Below are positions 47,419-57,702 of a stretch of DNA of 64,000 bases, piece by piece; position 1 is the stretch's first letter; every line of letters starts with the position of its first letter. The DNA is taken from assembly GCA_977020255.1 (NCBI GenBank), contig CDROCS010001764.1, positions 1-64,000 on the forward strand. Direction: 5' to 3'. The stretch comes from Obrimoposthia wandeli (lineage: Eukaryota). Made by a program: the position numbers and the translations under genes. The notes under the pieces were generated by a model. It ran no database searches and was not told the origin of the DNA. It saw only the letters and a program-made list of their open reading frames with translations.

Positions 47419-48660
47419 ATGAGTAATCCGACTTCTTTAGATAAAAGTAAAATTAAAATTTTATTATTAGAAGGTGTTCACCAGTCGGCTATTGATTCGC
47501 TCAACGCCAACGGCTATACCAACATTGAGTATCACGCAGGCTCCCTTGCAGAAGACGAACTTTTAGCTCGCATTAAAGATGTCCATTTCATCGGTATTCG
47601 CTCACGCACTCAGCTCAACGAGAAAGTGTTTAAAGCGGCTGAAAAGCTAATAGCAGTCGGTTGTTTCTGCATTGGCACCAATCAGGTTGACCTCAAAGCG
47701 GCCACTCAACAGGCCGTAGCAGTATTTAATGCACCTTTTTCTAACACTCGTTCAGTGGCAGAACTCGTCATTGCAGAGGCTATCATTTTACTGCGTGGTA
47801 TCGCCGAAAAAAATGCCAAGGCCCACCGTGGTATTTGGCAGAAAAGCGCCAATGGCTCTTTCGAGATTCGCAACAAGACACTGGGTATCGTCGGCTACGG
47901 CAGCATAGGCTCACAACTGAGCGTCATGGCTGAGTCTCTAGGAATGAGTGTGCTGTTTTACGATGTTGTCGGCAAATTGCCCATTGGTAACACCAAGCAA
48001 GTTTCCACAATGGCAGAGTTACTGAGTAGAAGTGATATCGTCACGTTGCACGTACCGGAAGTTGCCTCCACTAAAAACATGATGTCTGCCGCTCAGTTTG
48101 CACTGATGAAGCCCAGCGCTATCTTTATCAACGCCGCACGCGGAACCGTTGTCGATATCGATGCGCTGTGTGATGTATTGCGCGATAAGAAAATTGCCGG
48201 TGCCGCCATCGATGTTTTCCCTGTGGAGCCTCGCAGCAACAAAGATGAGTTCATATCACCACTGCGTGAATTCGACAACGTTATCTTAACACCGCACGTC
48301 GGTGGCTCTACCATGGAAGCGCAAGAAAGCATCGGCTCAGAAGTGGCGGAAAAACTAGCGAAATACAGCGATAACGGCTCATCTATTACTTCGGTCAACT
48401 TTCCTGAAGTATCACTGCCCGATCACAGCGATGATGAAGAAGTGCACCGCCTATTGCACGTGCACGAGAACATCCCAGGTGTACTCATGCAGATTAACCG
48501 CATTTTATCTGAGAACAATATCAATATCTCTGGTCAGCACTTACAAACCAATGAGAATGTAGGTTACGTTGTCATTGATGTTGATGCTGACTGCTCGGAG
48601 CGCGCACTAGAAAAACTCTCTAGCGTCACAGGTACTATCCGCAGCCGCCGTCTGTTCTAA
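47419..48660 (+). CDS. serA: D-3-phosphoglycerate dehydrogenase
   Basis: KIKILLLEGVH, GCFCIGTNQV, FSNTRSVAEL, TPHVGGSTMEAQ, C-terminal ACT. Confidence 0.97.
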   Translation: MSNPTSLDKSKIKILLLEGVHQSAIDSLNANGYTNIEYHAGSLAEDELLARIKDVHFIGIRSRTQLNEKVFKAAEKLIAVGCFCIGTNQVDLKAATQQAVAVFNAPFSNTRSVAELVIAEAIILLRGIAEKNAKAHRGIWQKSANGSFEIRNKTLGIVGYGSIGSQLSVMAESLGMSVLFYDVVGKLPIGNTKQVSTMAELLSRSDIVTLHVPEVASTKNMMSAAQFALMKPSAIFINAARGTVVDIDALCDVLRDKKIAGAAIDVFPVEPRSNKDEFISPLREFDNVILTPHVGGSTMEAQESIGSEVAEKLAKYSDNGSSITSVNFPEVSLPDHSDDEEVHRLLHVHENIPGVLMQINRILSENNINISGQHLQTNENVGYVVIDVDADCSERALEKLSSVTGTIRSRRLF

Positions 48661-48688
48661 GCACTTAGCTTTACAGCGAGCCCTGCCA

Positions 48689-48727
48689 GCAGCCCACACT
48701 CTATCCTCTGAGTGGGCTGCACTTTTT
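48689..48727 (+). terminator. Terminator after serA
   Basis: GCAGCCCAC...GTGGGCTGC followed by ACTTTTT. Confidence 0.7.
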
Positions 48728-48792
48728 CCCCTGCAAACAATAGACTATACTGCGTGCCTACCTTAATCATCGCTCAGGCATAGGATGCATCA

Positions 48793-49773
48793 GTGACCCA
48801 TGTTTTAATCACCCGCCACGATAAAATCGGTGACTTTGTTGTCGCCCTTCCAATGTTTAAGGTGCTTAAAGCACAGCGCCCTGATATCACTTTGTTTGCT
48901 CTCGTATCTAAAGTCAATATCGAGCTGGCACACAGCGTTGAATTTATTGATCATGTCATTTTATACGACAAAAATAACCTCCAACAAACCTTAGCCGATA
49001 TCAAAGCGGCGAAAATCGAAGTGAGTATTTCCGCATTCATTAACAGCTCACTCGCATGGCTGTTGTTTCGCAGCGGTATCAAAACAAGGATAGCCCCAGC
49101 AACCAAACTGGCCCAGCTGCTATTCAATCGCCGTGTGGTACAACGGCGTAGTCGCGTTGAAAAACGCGAGTTTGAGTATAACCTCGACTTACTACACGCT
49201 TTTGACCCCCAATTAACCTTGGATTATCAACAGCCATTGCTTACTTTCCAACCTCAGCAATCAACGCAGCTGCTCGAGCAATTTCATCTTGATCATCAGA
49301 TCGATAAAAACACTAAACTCATCGCTTTTCACTTGGGAAGCGGCGGTAGTGCCGAGGGGAATTTAAGCCTAACTCATTATTTAGAGTTAGCCAGACAAGC
49401 CGCTAAGCTTGAGCATAGCAAAATAGTTTTTACCTTTGGACCAGATGATCTGACAGTGAAAGAGCAATTGCGCCAAGCTCTAGATTTTGAAGCTATTATT
49501 TTTGACTCTTCAGCATCGATCAGAGACTTCACGATCTTACTGAGCCATTTTTCTCTCTTTGTCAGCACATCGACAGGGCCGATGCATTTGGCCGCGGCCA
49601 ATAATATCGCCACCTTTTCTTTTTTCGGCCAGAACTTAGTCTCTACTCCTGCCCGTTGGGCTTCTGTTAGTGCAGCGACACAACAGTGCAATATTATATT
49701 ACCCAACAACTATAACGCTGCTGATTTCGCCGAAATAGAAAAAAAATTCAAGCACACTCTCTCATTACTTTAA
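48793..49773 (+). CDS. Glycosyltransferase family 9 (ADP-heptose:LPS heptosyltransferase-like)
   Basis: RHDKIGDFVVALP, REFEYNL, STSTGPMHLAAA. Confidence 0.85.
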   Translation: MTHVLITRHDKIGDFVVALPMFKVLKAQRPDITLFALVSKVNIELAHSVEFIDHVILYDKNNLQQTLADIKAAKIEVSISAFINSSLAWLLFRSGIKTRIAPATKLAQLLFNRRVVQRRSRVEKREFEYNLDLLHAFDPQLTLDYQQPLLTFQPQQSTQLLEQFHLDHQIDKNTKLIAFHLGSGGSAEGNLSLTHYLELARQAAKLEHSKIVFTFGPDDLTVKEQLRQALDFEAIIFDSSASIRDFTILLSHFSLFVSTSTGPMHLAAANNIATFSFFGQNLVSTPARWASVSAATQQCNIILPNNYNAADFAEIEKKFKHTLSLL

Positions 49774-50726
49774 TGCGATCGCCGAACCTGCCTTCTTAAA
49801 CAAAAGCCTATTTTGTCAAACACTTGCTGGCGCCAATGAGGCGCCTCATTGACTAAGTGATGTTTGGCCCCAGGCACTGCAAAGACCTCTACCTTAGTAA
49901 ACACACGTGTTATCGCTTTGATATTGTATTGCCAATCGACGGTATCATCATTATCCCCCTGAATAACCACCAGCGAATCATTAACCACAGAGGATGATTC
50001 AAACTTACGTTGCCACGCTATCATCGCTCCGACCCACGACAGCTTAATAAAGCGATAGCGCAACGGATCACTATTATTAATAAAATCAAGAAAATCTAAA
50101 TCATGGCTACTATTACTGGGAGCGCGACGGATTTTTCGTCTAAAAATATGTAACATCCGGTGTAATAAACGTACTTTGTTAAAGCCTGCACTGCGCACTA
50201 AAGGTGCGAGTAGAATAGACTGCTCTATTCGATCAAACCGCTTTCTCATGCCACACAAACTATGCTCCATCACAACAGCGCCGCCGGTGCTTTGCCCAAT
50301 CAATACCCAACTCCCCCGCAAACGCGCGGCACTGTCGTGCAATATTTTAGTCAGCTCTTGGCTATATTGGGCAAAATCATCTATTGCGTAGCGCTCACCT
50401 GAGGAGAGCCCATGACCACGTTGATCATAAATTAGGACATCCCAACCTTGCTCCAATACATAGGCTATCAAATGCCGATATAAACCACAGTGGTCCATAT
50501 AGCCATGCACAATGATGACGGACCCCAAGCTCGAACCTCTCTGTTGGTAGTGCTGCACCATGTTCGTCGCCGAGTGATCGCCTACACTAAAAATTTGCAG
50601 CGAATACTGTCTACTCAGCTCTGCTAATTGATAAACATTGAGATACTCTGACCAGCCGCTACCACTCAAATCTACCCCGCCTGGGTGCCCTAAAGCCTCT
50701 CGCAGCTGCGCTAGTTTGAACGTCAT
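49770..50726 (-). CDS. Alpha/beta hydrolase, lysophospholipase (PldB-like)
   Basis: VHGYMDH, DQRGHGLS, GQSTG nucleophile motif, D (TVD) and H (AKHHL) triad candidates. Confidence 0.8.
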   Translation of the reverse strand: MTFKLAQLREALGHPGGVDLSGSGWSEYLNVYQLAELSRQYSLQIFSVGDHSATNMVQHYQQRGSSLGSVIIVHGYMDHCGLYRHLIAYVLEQGWDVLIYDQRGHGLSSGERYAIDDFAQYSQELTKILHDSAARLRGSWVLIGQSTGGAVVMEHSLCGMRKRFDRIEQSILLAPLVRSAGFNKVRLLHRMLHIFRRKIRRAPSNSSHDLDFLDFINNSDPLRYRFIKLSWVGAMIAWQRKFESSSVVNDSLVVIQGDNDDTVDWQYNIKAITRVFTKVEVFAVPGAKHHLVNEAPHWRQQVFDKIGFCLRRQVRRSH

Positions 50727-51053
50727 ATACTCTCCTTTATCAATACGCAATCTAAGGAACAAGTCCCAAAACATTCTCTGTGGATAAAAAAATGATGTGA
50801 GTTGCTAAATCCTTTATAAGCTATTTGAGCCAGATGATACCTCCATAACTTATTCTGGAACGTGAGCACCCTTGGTAGGTATGCAGGATTATTCGCATGT
50901 TCCCTAAGTAGCGCTAATTAAAACGACTACCGATGATTAAAACGTATTGCCTTAGAAATTTCATCATTTTAGGTATTCGCACCGTCTCTAGTGTTATCTG
51001 GCTTGAATAGTGTTAAAACAAGCATTTATATAATATTTACACAGGATATATTC

Positions 51054-54000
51054 ATGACTGCCCGGTTGTATGCAACGCTATCCTCTCTTTGCTTTTTATT
51101 TTTGTGCAGCTTTCCAATTCAGGCAGAGCCCAATGTAGAGCTGCTCAATGCACAGCGCCAACTAGAACAACTAGCTCCTGATGATCAGCGCAATGACGCC
51201 CTGCGAGGGCTCTATCAGCAGACGGTTAACAGCTATCAAAGTGTCGATAAAATAAAAGCCAATATAGAGGCGCTAAAAGCAGAATTAATCGCCCTTCCTC
51301 AACAGATAAAAAAACTCAAAGCCACCCAGAAGAGCGCATATCAACCAATACAAGAGACATTATTAAACAAAAAAACCAAAGCACAGCTAGAACTTAAACT
51401 CACCCAGTTACAAACCGAGTTACTGCAACTAGAACAAGATTTTAGCCGTATCGAAAACCAAATTAACAGCTATGATCAGAAACCCACTTCACTGCGTAGC
51501 TCCCTCGCACAACTAAGCCAACAGGTTCCGCAAAAAGACACACTGCCGTTATCACAAGCGCAACAAGTACTCTTTGATATCCGCTTTGAGCAGCACAATT
51601 TGTCGATGCAAGCTATCGAATTAGAGTTACTTGTTATCCCGCAGCGTGCCCAGCGCGATCGATTAGAGCTAACTGAAATTAACCATACAATCAAAGCGGT
51701 CACAGCACAGGTAACCTTATACCAAGATCGCATTCAAACCTTACGTAAACAAGAAACTGATGTATTGCTACTATCGGCACCTTTGGCAACCGGTATCGAT
51801 CAACCAATTGAAATTCAACAGTTAATTACAACGAATCAAAGTTTGCGTGAACAGCTCCATGCCAGCGTTGGCGCCGGTGCAGATAGCGTCAAACAAATCC
51901 GTATCTTAGAACAGCGCCTAACGCTGATTCAGCAGAGCTATAAAATTATTCAGCAACAGCTTGAGCTAAGTAAAAACAGCTTTGGTATCGAGCTGCGCAA
52001 CTTCAGCCAGCGTTTCTCTAGTACAACTACCAAGATTGCCACTCAAGAAAATATCGCGCGAGTACGCTTGCGCAATATCGAGCTAAACCAGTTAGAACTA
52101 GACTTATCCACAGCATCTTTGAGCAACACGCTGTGGACGACTGCGCAGCGTAAGCAGTACACCGATTTACAAAGTAAAGCCTCCGAACTCGTTTCCAACT
52201 TGCACAGCGCCTATAGTCGCGAACTCGATCAGCTATCTAAAGCACTAACTATAGAGTCACAAATTGCACAGCAACTAAAACAAGGTCAAACCCTACTAAC
52301 CGAATATTTATTATGGCTCCCAAGTGTCCCGGAAATATCCGTCAACTGGCCGCTACAAATTCGCGACAGCACCAAAGAGCTGTTAAAAAGTGCTGTAACG
52401 CTGCTCAACCAACTACAAATTCAGCCCGTGGAACATTGGGTACGTTGGTTGATATTATTGATTTTCAGTATGATTGTGTCATTACTGTGTCTACGGTACC
52501 AAAAAAATCACGAAAAGCTCTGGTCTCAACAAATTGGCAATGTAGTGCGAGATAAGTTTAGCCGCAGTATTCGCATGCTTCTACTGGCACCTCTTATTAG
52601 TATGCCGCTGCCATTGCTCTGCCTTTTTCTCCCATTAAAGTTGGTATCTCTACCCGGTGATACCCAAGAGCTTCTCTATCAAGTACTGGCTGTATCCGTG
52701 TGGATTTTCAGCACTTTCATGCTCTGGCTACGTCGCCCCTACGGCCTGTTGATCAGCCACTTAGATGTCCCTGAAGAGCTGTGTGTAAAGTTAAAGAAAT
52801 TGCTGCAAGTGCTCTTTGTTTTAGCGCTGCCGATGGTTCTGTTACTCATCCATTTTGACGCTATCCCTTCACTGCAATTACACGCTGGTTTGGGGCGATT
52901 AATATTTATCGTCCTCGCCGCTCTTGCGCTGCTATTTTGGGCTGCGCTTTGGCAAGTAGCACCGCACATAAATAGTACTACCGATACTGTCCACTTATGG
53001 CAAAAGGCCAAGCTCTGGCTGACCATGATGGTCATTATTCACATAGCTCTCATTATCGCCGCCATGCTAGGTTATCTTTATACTGGCTCAGTGATTATGT
53101 CATCATTACTGGCAATAGCACTGATCCTCTTTAGTGTCTTCACACTCTATCGCTTAAGTTTGCGCTGGTTGCTGATTACCGAGCGGCGCCTCGCTTTCAG
53201 CCAAGCACGCAGCAGACGTAATGCGATTCTTGCCGCCCGGGAAAGAAGTGAAGATGTTGCCCCCCTCAAAGAGAACTACATCGATTTACAATCGATATCA
53301 GATCAAGCGAAAGTATTGCTCAAAGCTGCCTGCTTCAGCCTGATGTTGGTACTTTTATGGTTATTGCTAAAAAACTTACTGCCCTCGTTAGACATCCTCG
53401 ACAAAATAGTACTCTGGAGTAGTGATGTCACCACCGCCAGCGGGGTCATTTCCGAGAGCATTACCTTACGCAGCGTAATCACTAGCCTTTTTGTCATCGG
53501 CCTGAGTATCTTGGCGGCTTATAATCTACCCGGCCTACTAGAGCTTTTGGTACTCAAGCATTTAAGCCTCTCCCCCGGCACTTCTTACGCAATTACCACT
53601 ATTACTCGTTATATGTTGATTATTATCAGTTTTATTGCAGGCACCAGCCAAATGGGAGTCAAGTGGTCTGAATTACAATGGCTCATTGCCGCTATGGGTG
53701 TCGGCTTAGGTTTTGGCTTACAAGAGATTGTCGCCAATTTTGTCTCAGGCATCATCATTCTCTTCGAGAAACCAGTGCGTATCGGTGACACTGTCACCAT
53801 TGGTGGTGTTACAGGTAAGGTCACTAAGATTCAAATCCGTGCAACCACCATTGCCGATTGGGATAAGAAAGAGGTGATCATTCCCAATAAAACCTTTGTT
53901 ACTGACCAACTGATAAATTGGTCTCTCAGTGACGCGATTACCCGTGTGGTGATTAACTTAGGCGTTGCACACGGCTCGGATACTCAACAAGTTCAGCAAC

Positions 54001-54245
54001 TAATTCGCATTGCCGCCATTGATAACCAACGCATTCTCAAAGACCCTGCGCCTGATGTGTTCTTTCTCAATCTCGGCGATAGCGCACTCAATTTCGAATT
54101 GCGTTTCTTTGTCGACAATCTAGCCGATAGAAACCTAGCCATTCATGAAATAAATCAGCATGTCGATCAATTATTTAGAGAGCACAATGTCACCGTTGCG
54201 ATGCCGCAACTAGACATTCATTTCAATCGCAAGCAGCCTATATGA
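51054..54245 (+). CDS. Mechanosensitive channel, MscK/MscM-like
   Basis: Signal peptide, long coiled-coil periplasmic domain, multiple TMs, MscS core (GVGLGFGLQEIVANFVSG, RIGDTV, IPNKTF). Confidence 0.92.
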   Translation: MTARLYATLSSLCFLFLCSFPIQAEPNVELLNAQRQLEQLAPDDQRNDALRGLYQQTVNSYQSVDKIKANIEALKAELIALPQQIKKLKATQKSAYQPIQETLLNKKTKAQLELKLTQLQTELLQLEQDFSRIENQINSYDQKPTSLRSSLAQLSQQVPQKDTLPLSQAQQVLFDIRFEQHNLSMQAIELELLVIPQRAQRDRLELTEINHTIKAVTAQVTLYQDRIQTLRKQETDVLLLSAPLATGIDQPIEIQQLITTNQSLREQLHASVGAGADSVKQIRILEQRLTLIQQSYKIIQQQLELSKNSFGIELRNFSQRFSSTTTKIATQENIARVRLRNIELNQLELDLSTASLSNTLWTTAQRKQYTDLQSKASELVSNLHSAYSRELDQLSKALTIESQIAQQLKQGQTLLTEYLLWLPSVPEISVNWPLQIRDSTKELLKSAVTLLNQLQIQPVEHWVRWLILLIFSMIVSLLCLRYQKNHEKLWSQQIGNVVRDKFSRSIRMLLLAPLISMPLPLLCLFLPLKLVSLPGDTQELLYQVLAVSVWIFSTFMLWLRRPYGLLISHLDVPEELCVKLKKLLQVLFVLALPMVLLLIHFDAIPSLQLHAGLGRLIFIVLAALALLFWAALWQVAPHINSTTDTVHLWQKAKLWLTMMVIIHIALIIAAMLGYLYTGSVIMSSLLAIALILFSVFTLYRLSLRWLLITERRLAFSQARSRRNAILAARERSEDVAPLKENYIDLQSISDQAKVLLKAACFSLMLVLLWLLLKNLLPSLDILDKIVLWSSDVTTASGVISESITLRSVITSLFVIGLSILAAYNLPGLLELLVLKHLSLSPGTSYAITTITRYMLIIISFIAGTSQMGVKWSELQWLIAAMGVGLGFGLQEIVANFVSGIIILFEKPVRIGDTVTIGGVTGKVTKIQIRATTIADWDKKEVIIPNKTFVTDQLINWSLSDAITRVVINLGVAHGSDTQQVQQLIRIAAIDNQRILKDPAPDVFFLNLGDSALNFELRFFVDNLADRNLAIHEINQHVDQLFREHNVTVAMPQLDIHFNRKQPI

Positions 54246-54266
54246 GGTAGAAAGCGCCTTAAATTT

Positions 54267-54291
54267 AAAAATGGAATATATTTTCATTTTT
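54267..54291. promoter_or_regulatory. Palindrome upstream of glcB, IclR-like
   Basis: AAAAATGGAATATATTTTCATTTTT; core resembles the E. coli IclR site TGGAAATnATTTCCA. Confidence 0.4.
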
Positions 54292-54337
54292 GCTATTATT
54301 GGCTAAATTCCACAGCAACAGCGATACGAGAACGGAT

Positions 54338-56503
54338 ATGAGCCAGAGAATCACAACAGGTGGATTACAAGTTTCCGCCGATCTATACAACTTCATTAAC
54401 GACGAAGCCATTCCGGGAACCGATCTGGATAGCACACAGTTTTGGGCGCAGCTCGATCAACTTATCGCCGACTTAATGCCCCAAAACGCCGCGTTGCTCG
54501 TCGAACGTGACGCCCTGCAATCGCAAATAGATAATTGGCATAAAGCCAATGTGCAGTACGATTTCGCCGACTACAAAGCGTTCCTGCAAGAAATAGGCTA
54601 TTTACTACCTGAAGGTGAAGATTTCGACATCAGCTCAACCAACGTCGACCCAGAGATGGCATTGATGGCAGGTCCTCAACTGGTTGTCCCTGTGATGAAT
54701 GCTCGGTTTGCCCTCAACGCTGCCAATGCGCGCTGGGGAAGTTTATACGATGCACTTTACGGCACTGATGCTATTGATAACAACGATGGCGCTGCCGCTG
54801 GCAGCAGCTACAATCCTATTCGCGGTGCTAAAACCATCGCTTTCGCACGTGATTTTCTTAACGATTCATTGCCCCTCACAAAGGGCAGCCACAGCGATGC
54901 AACCAACTACAGCATTGTTGATAGCGCACTGATCGTTAGCCTTAAGGATGGCAGTACTACGACACTGGCTAATACGGCCCAGTTGATCGGCTTTAATGGT
55001 GATGCCACCACACCGGATGCAATTTTATGTGTCAACAACGGTATCCACTTTGAAATTCAAATCGATGCTACTCATCAAATTGGCAAAGATGACCCCGCAT
55101 CTATCAAAGACATTCTCATGGAGTCAGCGCTCTCTACCATCATGGATTGCGAAGATTCGGTAGCTGCTGTCGATGGCGCCGACAAAGTCGTGATTTATCG
55201 TAACTGGCTGGGCCTGATGAAGGGCGACTTAGAAGAAACTATCAGTAAAAACGGCACTACATTCACTCGTCGTATGAACCCTGATCGTAGCTATAGCGGT
55301 ATCGACGGTAACGAAGTCACCTTAAAAGGGCGTAGTTTACTTTTTGTACGCAACGTCGGTCATCTAATGACTAATCCTGCTATCCTCACTGCCAATGGCA
55401 GTGAAGTACCTGAAGGTATCATGGATGCGATCTTTACCTCTTTGATGTCTCTTCATGATATCAAAGGTTTAGGTAAGTATCGTAACAGCACCACCGGCTC
55501 TATGTATATCGTTAAGCCGAAGATGCACGGTCCAAAAGAAGTCAGCTTTGCCAATCAGTTGTTTGCTCGCGTTGAAGACATTCTAGCTCTAGAGCGCTAC
55601 ACCCTGAAAATGGGCATTATGGATGAAGAACGCCGTACCACGGTCAACTTGAAAGAGTGTATCCGCGCCGCAAAAGAGCGCGTGGTCTTTATCAATACTG
55701 GCTTCCTGGATCGCACCGGCGATGAGATTCACACCTCAATGGAAGCGGGACCGATGATTCGCAAGAACGAAATGAAGGCGCAACAGTGGATTGCCTCATA
55801 CGAAGATTGGAACGTTGATACTGGCCTACTGTGCGGCCTCAGCGGCAAAGCGCAAATAGGTAAGGGCATGTGGGCTATTCCCGATCAGATGGCCACTATG
55901 TTAGAGGTCAAAATTGGTCACCCGCTCTCTGGTGCTAACACCGCCTGGGTTCCCTCGCCCACCGCAGCCACACTCCACGCCATGCACTACCACAAAGTAG
56001 ACGTATTCGCCCGCCAGCAGGAAATCAAGCAGCGCCCACGCGCCAATGTCGATGATATTTTGACCATTCCTGTGGCTGCCAACCCAAACTGGAGCAGTGA
56101 AGAAATTCAGCAGGAGCTAGATAACAACTGCCAGAGTTTACTCGGCTACGTTGTTCGCTGGGTAGATGCGGGAATCGGCTGTTCAAAAGTCCCCGATATC
56201 AACAATGTCGGCTTGATGGAAGATCGCGCGACTTTACGTATTTCATCGCAGCATCTAGCTAATTGGTTACATCACGGCATTTGCACTAAAGCGCAAGTAG
56301 AAGAGACACTGCACCGTATGGCCGCGATTGTTGATGGGCAAAACGCTGGTGATGCAAGCTACTATCCTATGGCAAACAACCCTGAAAGCGTCGCTTTCGC
56401 AGCCGCTTGCGAACTCGTGTTTGAAGGTTGTGCTCAACCTAGTGGTTACACTGAGCCAGTTCTACATCGCCGCCGCTTAGAAGCGAAGGCAAAGTACGCT
56501 TAA
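54338..56503 (+). CDS. glcB: Malate synthase G
   Basis: [65 protein letters not shown]. Confidence 0.97.
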   Translation: MSQRITTGGLQVSADLYNFINDEAIPGTDLDSTQFWAQLDQLIADLMPQNAALLVERDALQSQIDNWHKANVQYDFADYKAFLQEIGYLLPEGEDFDISSTNVDPEMALMAGPQLVVPVMNARFALNAANARWGSLYDALYGTDAIDNNDGAAAGSSYNPIRGAKTIAFARDFLNDSLPLTKGSHSDATNYSIVDSALIVSLKDGSTTTLANTAQLIGFNGDATTPDAILCVNNGIHFEIQIDATHQIGKDDPASIKDILMESALSTIMDCEDSVAAVDGADKVVIYRNWLGLMKGDLEETISKNGTTFTRRMNPDRSYSGIDGNEVTLKGRSLLFVRNVGHLMTNPAILTANGSEVPEGIMDAIFTSLMSLHDIKGLGKYRNSTTGSMYIVKPKMHGPKEVSFANQLFARVEDILALERYTLKMGIMDEERRTTVNLKECIRAAKERVVFINTGFLDRTGDEIHTSMEAGPMIRKNEMKAQQWIASYEDWNVDTGLLCGLSGKAQIGKGMWAIPDQMATMLEVKIGHPLSGANTAWVPSPTAATLHAMHYHKVDVFARQQEIKQRPRANVDDILTIPVAANPNWSSEEIQQELDNNCQSLLGYVVRWVDAGIGCSKVPDINNVGLMEDRATLRISSQHLANWLHHGICTKAQVEETLHRMAAIVDGQNAGDASYYPMANNPESVAFAAACELVFEGCAQPSGYTEPVLHRRRLEAKAKYA

Positions 56504-56522
56504 TCAACTGTAGGTAATTCTT

Positions 56523-56551
56523 AAAAAGGCCTCGATTTATCGGGGCTTTTT
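56523..56551. terminator. Bidirectional terminator between glcB and the convergent gene
   Basis: AAAAAGGCCTCGAT-TT-ATCGGGGCTTTTT. Confidence 0.8.
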
Positions 56552-57005
56552 AGTTCTTAAGATAAGGTTTTATGATTGGCCGCAATTCATCAATCAATGC
56601 GTTAGGTAGCTGGCGATAATCAAAGTAAGGCGTATAGAGCAATAATCCCTGTTCACTCTCGCGATAGAAAGCACGACCACAACGACTGGCAGAGCAAGCT
56701 GCTAGAGCAGCATCATTAATAGCAAAGCGCTGCCAACAAGCTTTACCGCTAAAGATATGTACTACTGCCTGTGCTGCAAGCTCGCTGTTAAACACTAGTT
56801 GCTCATCTACTTGTAGCAATTGATTATCGCGGTAGTCTCGCCAATCACTCGTTGTGACTAACTTAGCCCAAATCGTTAATATTTTTCGCCAGTGATTACC
56901 GTTAATAGCAATGATAGCTGCGGTGTTTAGCGCTTCCCGATCGAGAATTGGCCTATTTTCTAAATAGAGCGCGACCCGCGCATCAGTGCTACCTAATTGA
57001 TCCAT
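56550..57005 (-). CDS. Conserved hypothetical protein, DUF6942-like
   Basis: YLENRP, NGNHWRKI...WAKL, TPYFDYRQL motifs recalled from marine gammaproteobacterial proteins. Confidence 0.55.
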   Translation of the reverse strand: MDQLGSTDARVALYLENRPILDREALNTAAIIAINGNHWRKILTIWAKLVTTSDWRDYRDNQLLQVDEQLVFNSELAAQAVVHIFSGKACWQRFAINDAALAACSASRCGRAFYRESEQGLLLYTPYFDYRQLPNALIDELRPIIKPYLKN

Positions 57006-57028
57006 CTATTTTTCACCATTATTCAACA

Positions 57029-57520
57029 CTACCCCGCTAAGCTTCTAGACATTGTAAGAATTTTTTCTTTGTATCCCAGTGTTCGATATAACTCGGCTGC
57101 GCCTTGATTAAACGCATATACGCTCAACGATACTTCATCGACATTTTTCATCTCGAAAAACATCTCTAGTTTCCCGACAAGCTTTTTCGCAATCCCCCTT
57201 CCACGACAAGCGATAGAGACAGATACCTCATCTATGTACCCGATCATTCTGCTGGTTTGTATAAATGACTGCTGATCGAAAACTTTACCCGCTATTAAAC
57301 CGCAAATATCTCCATTTATTTTCGCAAGATAAATCACATGATTTTCATCCAATATTAACGACTTAAAGCTTTCTTCTGTCCGCTGGGCCGCTATTTCTTG
57401 CGGTTGTTTAAATTCATAGCGCATCTGTTGATAGTGATATTCATCACTGGCTAAATATAGTGCTGTTATCGCCGCAAAGTCAGACACACCTGCTTTTACT
57501 ATTTCAAACTGCTCTTGCAT
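57029..57520 (-). CDS. GNAT-family N-acetyltransferase
   Basis: YIDEVSV...CRGRGIAKKL (acetyl-CoA loop), LSV..FN..A..LY...GY. Confidence 0.88.
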   Translation of the reverse strand: MQEQFEIVKAGVSDFAAITALYLASDEYHYQQMRYEFKQPQEIAAQRTEESFKSLILDENHVIYLAKINGDICGLIAGKVFDQQSFIQTSRMIGYIDEVSVSIACRGRGIAKKLVGKLEMFFEMKNVDEVSLSVYAFNQGAAELYRTLGYKEKILTMSRSLAG

Positions 57521-57702
57521 ATAAACCTCTCACATCATTTGAAGAAACGCTCTTTAGCACGTCATTGTCACCTTCCATCAGAGCAAAGATACATCCGATT
57601 TAAAAATATAAGACCGAACACTCTAAAACGCAATTTCTAAGTCTAATTGATCAACTTCTGTTAGAATGCAGCCATTACGAATAACCCCTCTAAGAGTTAA
57701 CT

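Noticed and set aside
48793-49773. Isolated LPS glycosyltransferases (GT9 here, GT2 at 2114) as remnants of a surface-polysaccharide island
   Set aside because: Scattered LPS core genes are normal in marine gammaproteobacteria, and no clustering or mobility signal is visible.
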